Part shown: piece after piece, positions 50,936 through 61,440 of the stretch | Numbering within the stretch: the first letter of the stretch is position 1 | Layout: each line of letters starts with the position of its first letter | Assembly (NCBI RefSeq): GCF_004010195.1 | Contig: NC_057740.1 | Span: 33,850,793 to 33,914,792 of the forward strand | Reading direction: 5' to 3' | Source of the DNA: Chiloscyllium plagiosum | Taxonomy: Eukaryota | DNA: 64,000 nucleotides | The notes under the pieces: model-generated | What the model was told of the DNA's origin: nothing | What the model saw: only the letters and a program-made list of their open reading frames with translations | Database searches by the model: none | Made by a program: the position numbers and the translations under genes

Positions 50936-52362
50936 CAATGTGGTTAACTCTGGGCAATTAGGGATGGGAAATAAACGCTGGCCCCAGCAACACCCTCATC
51001 CCATGAATGAATAAAAAAAGTGGGGAAATATTATTTTGCAAAACTGATCAATTAATGAGGAGCAGGAACCGAGAAAGCCATGAGCCTGAAAGCATTTTTC
51101 TCTCCTCTTTAACCTCATTAATAAATCAAAATAGATGAAACCCCAGTTCAATATTATATTGAAGCATTACTGAAAAATGACGCAGATGCTACCATGTACA
51201 TGTGTTTTCTGTCTACAAGGGAAAAAGCTCTATGTATTAATATATGTAGCTTCCAGTACACATGTGTGCCACATTGCAGGCCCAAATGAGAATTCTAAAT
51301 TAGTTGTCAACTTGTTTCAACTCAACAAAGTAGATGACATCCATTTGTCGGATTATGTCTTGGGGTTATGACTTGACCAATTTATGTCAACCAGCCTCAT
51401 TTAAAATTTAAACATCTCCTGGCAGTTAACTGTCAATCAGTAATAATAGGTGCATTCTCCATGGCAATGCCTCTACCAGTCAGTCTCTACTTGCTCACCA
51501 TTCAGTACTGTTCAGTGTGTATGTTGTATTTTTCCTTTGCATTTAGTAACCTTGAGAATTGTCCTGATGTGTACAAGATGAAAAGCTTTGACAAAACGTG
51601 TCTTGTTTTTACAATACTCAGGTTTGGATATTTTTGTAGCTTATCAGAGAAGAAAAATACATCTTTCAAATATGACTTTTTAAAAGAACTTTGGATTCCT
51701 AAAATTGAGCTGAGAGACAGAGTGAACTAGTTGAATCGAATTTCTCTCCTCATTGACTATCTGAGCTTTTGATTTGATTAAAAAATTATTTTAGACATTC
51801 CAATGGTTTTAAAGATTTTTGAAGGAATTTAAGGACCTAAAACATTATTGGAAGATTAGTGAACTGGACTAGAAATAAACTGGTTAGAAACAGAAGTTCA
51901 ATAATCAAATAAATCCAGTTCTTTGTCATGATCAGATTTCTTAAGGATCCTTACCATTCACATGATTCATAGAAATGGTAGCAATTGTTAAATTACAAAA
52001 TTTGCTATCATGAACAAGCTATAGGCTCATTATAAATTGAAGTTGTTAGTGTTCACTTAGAAGGGACAAATTAAGCACATAATGAAAAGTAGATTGATGC
52101 AACCTTGATCATCGTATTTTCTATATCCTATCTTGCGTGTTCCCCCCATGAGGAACATTTACACTTTGAAATATTAAATTTTTTGTTTATTATATCTTTT
52201 GGATTAATTCTCTTGTATGAGCTTTTGTTTTTATACTTTTTTAAAATGCCTGATCAAATCTAAAACTCAAATTTACTTGTGATAATGATCAGAACTTCGT
52301 TTCTCTTTAATTTATTTGTGGGATACTGTTCAACCCTGTCACTTTGAGAAAGTTGCAATAAA

Positions 52363-52792
52363 AGAATCATAGAATCCCTACAGTGTGGAAGCAGGCCCTT
52401 CGGCCCAGCAAGTCCATACTGACCCTCTGAAGAGTAACCCACCCAGACCCATTCCCCTACCCTATTACTCTACATTTACCCGTGACTAATGCATCTAACC
52501 GACACATCGCTGAATACTACGAGCAACTCAGCATGGCCAATTGACCTAACCTGCTCATCTTTGGATTGTAGGAGGAAACTGAAGCACCCACAGGAAACCC
52601 ACAAAGGCACAGGAAGAATGTGCCAACTTCACAAAGACAATTGCCTGAGGCTGGAATGGAACATGGGTCCCTTGCACTGTGAGGCAGCAGTGCTAACCAC
52701 TGAACCACTGTGCTCCCACCATTCGCCCCACTACCTCCCCCCCCCCACCCCNNNNNNNNNNNNNNNNNNNNNCCCAACCACCGTGCTGCCCC
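52363..52792 (-). mobile_element. HE1 V-SINE with a 21-N gap (52752-52772) in a C-rich head duplication
   Basis: Standard HE1 motifs; ends ACCACCGTGCTGCCCC. Confidence 0.9.
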
Positions 52793-53114
52793 ATCTTAGC
52801 TGCTGCAGTCGGCAGCTGATGTTCAATGATATTTTTATGGGACTATTTTGGATAGTGATAGGTTCCTTTCCTGAAGGCAATAGTGAACTAATCTAATGAT
52901 AAAGTAACAGCCATGTGGTGACTTTTACTCATACCAACTGTGTACTTCAAATCTCAAATTACCATGGTCGTAACAAAACTGCCATCCAGATTATTATGCC
53001 AGCTTTGTGGTTTACTTGTCCAGTAAAATACGTCTCTACGATACCTTATCTGATTTTAAATCGTAAGTATGTTTCAAATCAGTTTTCAAGATAACAGACA
53101 GACAGTAAAATATA

Positions 53115-53285
53115 TTCAGAAATTGGTGGAAAAGTTCAGCAGGTGTGGCAGCATCCATGGAGGAAAGCAGAGTTAATGTTTCAGGTCCAGTGACCCTTCT
53201 TCAGAACCAAAAACTCTGCTGGGTTTTTCCAGCAATTTCTGATTTTGTGTCTGGTTTCCAATATTTGCAATCTTTGTTTTTTTTA
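53115..53285 (-). mobile_element. Penelope-like terminal repeat, family B, with hammerhead core
   Basis: Minus strand GTT-CTGAAGA-A-GGGTC-ACTG-GACCT-GAAA-CATT-AAC (53172-53207). Confidence 0.75.
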
Positions 53286-53379
53286 AGCAAACATATTCAC
53301 TGTTTTGACTTGTATTTCCATCAACAGGATTGTGGCATTAACTATTGTTACTTTAGCCATTTAGTCACATAATTCCGTG

Positions 53380-53750
53380 AATCACATAGAATCCTAGAGT
53401 GTGGAATTAGGCTATTCAACTCATCAAGTCGACACTAACCTTACAAAGTGCACCTTACCCAGATCCAGCTCCCTACCCTATCCCTGTAAACCGGCACCTA
53501 ACATGGTGAATCCACCTAACCTACACATCCCTGTACACTATGTACAGTTTAGCATGGCTAATCTCCCTAACCTGCACATTTTTGGATTGAGAGACAAAAC
53601 CAGAGCATCCAGAGGAAACTTACACGGGGAGACTGTGCAAATTCCACAGACAGTTACCTGAGGCTGGAACTGAGCCCAGGTTCCTGGTCTGTGAGGTAGC
53701 AGTGCTAACCACTGAGCCACAATGCTGCCCATAAAGCTACTGTGCTGCCA
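53380..53750 (-). mobile_element. HE1 V-SINE
   Basis: CCTAACCTGCACATTTTTGGA..GCAGTGCTAACCACTGAGCCAC. Confidence 0.85.
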
Positions 53751-56700
53751 ATTGATCCACCATGTCATCCATAATGTTTGCAGAGGGCTAGAATATATTT
53801 CACTTACTTTTCAATAACCAGAGAACTGCCCCACTGCCCTTGCTTATAAACCTCACCTTTTATCCCCACGATCATGACCTTACAAGTTCCCCTCTCCATA
53901 TCCAACACACTCTCCTATTTCTTGGTCAGTCATCCATTAGGAATCTGGGTGTATTGTATTGGCCAAGACTTTCTGTTTGACCTTCTCAAGAATACCAATT
54001 CAAAGGAAAAAACATTTACACTGCTTGAGCGGAGTGCACTGAATGATGAACAAGAGAGGCTGATAGGTAAAGGCATTGTCACTGAAAATGCACCATTAAT
54101 GCTGATTGACAGTTAACTGCCAGAATTTGTTTAAATTTTAAACTGGACAAGTTGACATAGATTGGTCAAGGCATTGCCCCAAGAGATAATCCAGCAAATG
54201 GATGTCATCCATTCTGTTGAGTTGAAATAGGTTGACAACTAATTTAGAATTGTCGTTTGGGCTCGCAATGTGACATACATTTCTGTATTGGAAGCTACAT
54301 GTCTTAATATAGAATACACAGAGCCCTTTCCTCTGTAAACAGAAAAAACACGTATGTGTACAGCATTGGAGTCATGTTTTTAGTAATGCTTTGATATTAT
54401 TGGACTGAGGAGTCATTTATTTTGTTTTGTTCATAAGTTTAAAGAGGAGAGAAAAATACTAAGATGTTATTTAACTCATGGCTTTCTTAGTTCATGGTCC
54501 TCTTTCTTTGATCAGTTTTGCAAAATAATGCCTTCCTACTTTCTTTTTAGCCAAGTGCTAGAGCTGCCAGTGTTTGATCAGCCAGCATCAGTTGGTGAGT
54601 AATCCTTTTCTCAATCAAGTTCCCAATCTCCATGACTTGCCTGTTGGTGCCTGACTGCCATAAGATCCAGAGTTTCCCCCTGCTAATCTCTCCCATTTTT
54701 GGATTTAGTGATTCTGCACTATGTGGTCATATCATCTGCTGAATGCTGTTCTTTATTGTTCTGGTCCTACACAATTATATATAATATACAAGTTACGTTT
54801 ACAGGGCACTATAACGATGCTAAAGGACAGATTATTTAATGCTCATTTTAATTGAGGTAACTCCTTCATCAAAATAGGAAAAGAAGGAATTTCAACAAGC
54901 AGTAAGTAGAATTGAGCATAATCTTAAGGGCCTGGAGTTTGTAATTTAGAAAAAAACAACACTAATTCTCTGGATGAAATTATTGATTCCTTTTGGCTTT
55001 CTCTTGCAGTGCAGATCAAAACGTTGAGTTAAAAAACTGCACTGCACTCTGTCAGTAAATGCATAGTTTGCATGTTAGGTTAGTTGTTAGACCTAACAAA
55101 CTTGTGTAATAATGGTAATAAAATAATTCCATGTCCAATTATTATATATTCTGTGAACAAACTAATTTATGTCTGATGCCAAATGATGGTACTGCAGAAG
55201 GTATAGTATCATTGATTAGAGTGTGTTATCATCTGACACATTGGGCTCACAGTGTAGTTATGTTCTTCATGACAGAGTCAGAACAATAACTTAAAGCAGC
55301 TGAGTTCAACTGACAGATCCTCTCAGCTTTCACACCTGAATTTGGGATTGAAGACAGGTGTCCACTATTCTCAGAATTGCAACCTTTCTTTTGACTATAG
55401 CTCTCTTTTCTGGTGGTGGGTGCTACCTGGCTTATTTATTTTTATTCATTTACAGGATGCGGGCATCACTGGTTAGGCCAGCAATTATTTTCTATCACTA
55501 ACAGCCGAGAGAACGGTTAAGAGTCGACCACATTGCAGTGGATCTGAAGTCACGTGTGGGCCAGACAGGGTAAAAATGGCAGATTACTTTCCCTAAAGAA
55601 AATTAGTGGACCAAATGCGTTTTTCCTCATAATCAACACTGGTTTCATGATTATCATTATACTCTAAATTCCAGATCTTCAATTGAATCAAAATTCCACC
55701 ATCTGCCATCAGGATTCAAACTTAGGTCTCCAGATCATTATCAGAGACTCTGGATTAATAGCCCAGCAATAATACTACTAAACCATTGCCTTGCCGTTAT
55801 CAAGGAAGATAGAAGTGGTGCATGTTGTTTTATGAATAACTTCGTTGAAAATAACCCAGGATTTTGGTCAAAGTTGTTCTTGAAAAATGTTTAGCCATTG
55901 TTACGACCAGGTGAGGAGGGATGATCGGCTCCCCTCTTTTTTTTTTAACCCCCTTTTGATCAAGTAAATATTCTGTTAGTGAAAGGGATGACAGCTGTAT
56001 TCATTATTAAACTAAAAAAAAGGAAATTGCAACATTTTACAGTCACACAACATGGGTAACAAGGGGAAAGTGTCTGTACAGATTGGAAGGTATAGGCAGT
56101 TGATATTTACACCTTTTAAAGTCCTTGAGCTATGAGAGTGAAAGCTGAGTCTCAATGGGCTAGCTGTTGTCTTGTTCCCTCAGGAGGGGCAAAGCTTAGA
56201 GATACCTGAGATTTCTCAGTAAATGATTTCTTGTTTATCACTTTGTGTTCCCAGCAAAAAAAAAGTTATTTAATTTGTGATATATATTCACTCTTGTTGT
56301 AATTTGTGAGTGTATAAAGAATGGGTAATTCTCAATGCCGGTTGTATGTAAAAAGAAGTGCCACTATGCGTTTGATATGTTGAAGCCAAATTAATATATT
56401 CATGAGTGGAAGTTTCACATGTGCAATCTCATTCGCCAAAAGAGGGAAAGCTCAATATTTTTGATGAGGTTACACCAACTCAGAATACAAGGGAAGGTGA
56501 CAGGGCACCTGAATGAATCAGCATGGAACTATTTGAAAGCCTTTCAGTGCAAGGTATGGAGAAATTGATTTGTAATGTAGTTGCAGAATAGATATGCCAG
56601 GTGAGATAAGATTAGTTTGAACAAGAGAAAGAACTTCATAGTTTTCCATAGTATTCCTCCATATTTGAATTAAAAACAGATGGAAGAAAGAAAGAAATGG

Positions 56701-57361
56701 AAGTTCTAGTTGCCAACATTTTCTTTACTTTAAGATGACTCAGAGACTACTGCTTTGAGTTTACCTGTTACATTTGTAATCTTACTTCTATTAAAGTAAT
56801 TGACCATACAGAAAAGCAAACCAGTTTGTGCAACGTACAAGGTACTGTGTGTACAATGTCCTAGTTGAATTGCAAACAAAGCAATTCCAAAATTCAAACT
56901 GAAAAACTGAATTAATACTTTGGGACATTCCAAAGCACTTCACTATCAGTGGATAATTTTGAAGTGTTGTCACATTTGTTGCAGAGACAATTTGTGCCAC
57001 AAGCAGCAGGTTGATCAATAGCTCATTTATTTTGGTTAAGGAATTAATGATGACCATCAAGCTAGTCGACCTCCAATGCCATTGGGTCTTTCACATCAAG
57101 CTTATCAGGGTAAATCTAAGCCAACTATCACCTCAGAAGCCTGTCTCACTTGTCAGCAAAATAATAGGAGTCATCAGTAGTGCTATCAAGGTGCATACTC
57201 ATTAACAACCTGCTCATGATGCTTGGTTTGGGTTCCGCCAGCTCCAAAATGAAAGCGAAATACTGCAGACACTGGAAATCCAAAACAAAAATATGAAACG
57301 CTGGAAACATTTATTAACCCAAAGGATTGGGCAGAATTTTGTTATGGCATCAGGTGTCTTG

Positions 57362-58395
57362 CTTAAGACCATAAGACCATAAAAAAATTGGAATAAGTGT
57401 AGGCCATTCAGCCTCTCGCACCTGTTCTGCCATTCAACATGATTATGGCTGATCTGACTTTCCTCATATCCACTTTCCTGGCCTTTTCCCATCACTCTTG
57501 ATTCCCCTACTAATCAAGAATTTAGCGATCTCAGTCTTAAATATATACAAAGACTATGCCCTCACAGCTCTCTGTGGCAAGGAGTTCCAAAGGATTACAA
57601 CCTCTAAGAAAATAAATTCTTCATCCTCTCAGTCTTAAATTGATGCCCCTTTATTCTGAGATTATGCCTTCTGGTCCTACACTCTCCCATGAGGTGAAAC
57701 ATTCTCTTAGCATTTACCCTGTCAAGCCCTTTAAATATCCAAAATATTTCAATGAGATCACCTCTCTTTCTTCTAAACTCCAATGAGTAGAGTCTCTTTG
57801 CTCATAAAACAACCTCTCCATGCCTAGTGATCATCCTATGGACTTTCTCTGAACTGCCTCCGATGAAATGATATCTTTCCTTAAATAAGGGGACCAAAAC
57901 TGTTCAGAGTAGTCCAGATGTGGTCTCATCAGCATCCTGTACAGACACAGTAAGACTTGTCTACACTTATATACAACTTCCTTGAAATAAGGACCAACAT
58001 TCCATTAGCCTTCCTGATAACTTGCTGTGCCCGTGTGCTAGCTTTCTGTGTCTCATGTACAGATCCCTTTGTGTTGCAGCTTTCTGCAGTCTTTCTAAGT
58101 AATATTTAAATAATAAAGGTTTAGAGGGATATGTGCCAAACGCTGGCAAAAGGGACTGGCTTAGTTTAGGAAACTTGGTCAGCAGGAATGAGTTTGGCTG
58201 AGGACCTGTTTCTTCTGTATACCCTTATGACTCTATTCTGTTCTTTTGTTGTCCCTTCCAAAATGAACAACTTTGCAATTTCCCACATTATACTCTATTA
58301 TGCTCCAACTTGTTGCCCACTTCCTTAACCTATCAATATCTCTGTAAATTGTTTGTGTTCCTCTCAAATATGTGCCTTGCCAATTATTTTAGTGT
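57362..58395 (-). mobile_element. CR1 3' part with nested sense CR1 tail (58105-58235 +)
   Basis: TAAGACCATAAGACCATA tail; same subfamily as 11620-13330. Confidence 0.85.
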
Positions 58396-58429
58396 CAGGA
58401 GACTTGGACTGCCTCTTTTTAAAAAGATC

Positions 58430-59215
58430 TATAAGACCATAAGACATAGGAGTGGAAGTAAGGCCATTCGGCCCATCGAGTCCACTCTGCCATTCAATCA
58501 TGGCTGATGGGCGTTTCAACTCCACTTACCCTCATTCTCCCCGTAGCCCTTAATTCCTTGTGATATCAAGAATTTATCAATCTCTGCCTTGAAGACATTT
58601 AGCGTCCCGGCCTCCACTGCACTCTGCGGCAATGACTTCCAAAGGCCCACCACTCTCTGGCTGAAGAAATGTCTCCGCATTTCTGTTCTGAATTGACCCC
58701 CTCTAATTCTAAGGCTGTGTCCACGGGTCCTAGTCTCCTCGCCTAACGGAAACAATTTCCTAGCATCCACCCTTTCCAAGCCATTTATTACCTTGTAAGT
58801 TTCTATTAGATCTCCCCTTAATCTTCTAAACCCCAATGAATACAATCCCAGGATCATCAGCCGTTCCTCGTACGTTAGACCTACCATTCCAGGGACCATC
58901 CGTGTGAATCTCCTCTGACACGCTCCAGTGCCAGCATGTCCTTCCTGAGGTGTGGGGACCAAAACTGGACACAGTACTCCAAATGGAGCCTAACCAGAGC
59001 TTTATAAAGTCTCAGTAGCACAACGGTGCTTTTATATTCCAACCCTCTTGAGATAAGTGACAACATTGCATTCGCTTTCTTAATCACGGATTCAATCTGC
59101 ATGTTTACCTTTAGAGAATCCTCGACTAGCACTCCCAGATCCCTTTGTACTTTGGCTTTACGAATTTTCTCACCGTTTAGAAAGTAGTCCATGCTTGTAT
59201 TCTTTTTCCCAAAGT
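58430..59215 (-). mobile_element. Young 5'-truncated CR1
   Basis: ORFs 58881-59192 and 58516-58962 give an almost uninterrupted ORF2 C-terminus ('QRDLGVLV..LVRLHLEYCVQFWSPHLRKD','RRHFFSQRVVGLWKSLP'); CpGs retained. Confidence 0.93.
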
Positions 59216-59296
59216 GACCAAGTTACAAGCCAATCAGTACGTGGTGAAGTCACAGATGGTTTTCCCCTGAAATCAAAATACCAAGTGTGATGTCTT

Positions 59297-59426
59297 AGGC
59301 ATGTGAGGACTGCAGATGCTGGAGATGAGAGTCTAGATTAGAGTGGTGCTGTAAAAGCACAGCAGGTCAGACAGCATCCGAGGAGCAGGAAAATCGACAT
59401 TTTGGACGAAAGCCCTTCATCAGGAA
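59297..59426 (-). mobile_element. Penelope-like terminal repeat, family A, single arm
   Basis: Minus strand ATTCCTGATGAAGGGC-TTTC-GTCC-AAAATGTC; perfect 11-bp TSD TGTGATGTCTT at 59286-96 and 59427-37. Confidence 0.85.
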
Positions 59427-59454
59427 TGTGATGTCTTGCCTACTGATAATCCCT

Positions 59455-59645
59455 GCATGGTTAGCTGGATGGCTTGTGATATAGAGTGACACCAACAGCA
59501 TGGATTCAATTCCTGCACTGGCTGATGTCACCAAGAATGTCTTGCCTTCTCAACCTCTCTTTGCCTGAGGGATGGTGATCCTCAGGTTAAACTCAATCTC
59601 TGTAATGCGAGATGAGCCCTATGGTCCTCTAGGTCTCTGGTGACG
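59455..59645 (+). mobile_element. Old tRNA-derived SINE (unclassified)
   Basis: B-box-like GGATTCAATTCC; CTGAGGGATGGTGATCCTCAGG hairpin. Confidence 0.45.
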
Positions 59646-60761
59646 ATTATTTATCCAAGCACTTCTAGCAAATCAGTGGTGGCAGTTCCTGTGCACAATA
59701 GTGACACTGGAGTGACCATGACTACTAGTGGAAGGACAGGCTCAGGGTTTCAGAATGATAGAACGACCCAGGCAATAGGTAGTTTATGTGTGTGGTTGGG
59801 TGGAGTTCACAGAGTGGGGCTTCACAAATAAGGGCAGGGGCAGGACAGAGTAGCCCTTAGTGGGGTCCATTTCCTGATATTTGTGCCTGGCACTGAGTGT
59901 CTTTGATCAAGAGACACCACCACTCTGATCCCTCCCTCCATGCTGGGCCGAATGTGACAAACTGGCCACACAGTTACAGCAGTTGTGCAGACCATGCATG
60001 GCTGCTGCTGGGTTAATTCAGCAGCGTGAGATAAGGCCTATAAGAAGTTATTAATTGGCCAATTAAGGACCTCAATTGCAACAGAATGGAAGATCGACCT
60101 TTTGCTTTTCCCAGCCAGAACATAATTGTGAGTTCAGGCATGACCCCACCTTGTCTAATTAAATGCCCTTCCCACCTACAAGCTTGGCATCAATAACAGC
60201 AGGAGATGCTAATGGCATTGAATGTCAAATGAAGGTAGTTATGTTCTCTTATTGGAGTTGGCCATTGCCTGATACATGTCTATAATTTATAGTAGTATTT
60301 AGGGTAGTAATTATCATTTTTCATTCCAAGTCTGGATGTTGTCCAAGTCTGGCTGCACCGAGCATGGATTTTATTTTAATCTTGAGAACTATAAATGGAG
60401 CTGAACTGTATGCAATCATTGGTGAACAGCTCAAATTCTGACCTGTAGGATCTGCCAGATCTCTTCCCACAGTTGATGCCAGACCTGCTGAATTTTTTTA
60501 TATACAGTTCCAATTGTCATTTCAGCTTTGATCCAAACACAGACACAGAATGAACTCTGGGGCTGAGGTGAGAATGATTCCCTCCCTTACATCCAGGCAA
60601 TATTTCACTGAGTTTGGCAACAAGGGGCCTTAATGAAAGTAAAATTAATGATGATTGAGCAAAGGTTAATATGCAAATTGGGGCCATTTCAGCCCAGAAC
60701 TTTGCTGTTTTCCCTTTGATTAACGTTCTAGGGTTGACAATTATTACTACTACATCAGTCT

Positions 60762-61440
60762 TCCTTGCAGGTTATAAATTGGGCTGTTCACTGACTACAA
60801 CTCCATTTACAGTTCTTAAGAAACAGTCCATGCTCCTGTGCAGCAGTCCTGGACAACATCTAGGAGAAAGTGAGGACTGCAGATGCTGGAGATCAGAATA
60901 GAGAGTATGGTGCTGGAAAAGCACAGCAGGTCAGGCAGCCTCCGAGGAACAAGAGAATCAACATTTTGGCCATAAGCCTTTTCCTGTTTCATTCCTGATG
61001 AAGGGCCTATGCTTGAAACATTGATTCTCCTCCTCCTTGGATGCTGCCCAACTTGCTGTGCTTTTCCAGCACCATGCTCTCAACTCTGGACAACATCTAG
61101 GCTTAGAATGAAAAACAATATGTGCTATCCATGCTAGGCAAGTGTCAGGCAATGGCCAACTCTGAAAAGAGAACATAACTACCTTCATTTGACATTCAAA
61201 TGCCATTATCGTCATGGTGTCCCACATTATCATAATCCTAGAAGTTGCTATTGACCAGAAACTGACTAGAACCAACCAGATAAACATAATGCTTGATGAG
61301 GCTTGATTTTTTACAGCAACTGGCTAACTGGACTCTCATAGCTTCTACATCTCTCAAAGACACGTTAGTGTGATTGCATTGTCTCCGTTTACCTGGATGT
61401 CTGCAGTTCCAACATGAAGAGAGCTCAGTACTCTCCAGAT
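60762..61440 (+). mobile_element. Old CR1-group LINE RT fragment (inverted partner at 60210-60450)
   Basis: CTGGACAACATCTAGGCTT..CAAGTGTCAGGCAATG (KCQAM)..ATTGACCAGAAACTG (IDQKL). Confidence 0.65.
60865..61085. mobile_element. Fold-back Penelope-like insertion with hammerhead core
   Basis: ATTC-CTGATGA-A-GGGC-CTAT-GCTT-GAAA-CATT (60991-61022); ~75-bp inverted arms; perfect 16-bp TSD CTGGACAACATCTAGG at 60849-64 and 61086-101. Confidence 0.9.

Noticed and set aside
56985-57108. AG..GT bounded open frame (TICATSSRLINSS..)
   Set aside because: Weak polypyrimidine tract and no recognisable protein; kept only as a possible non-coding conserved island
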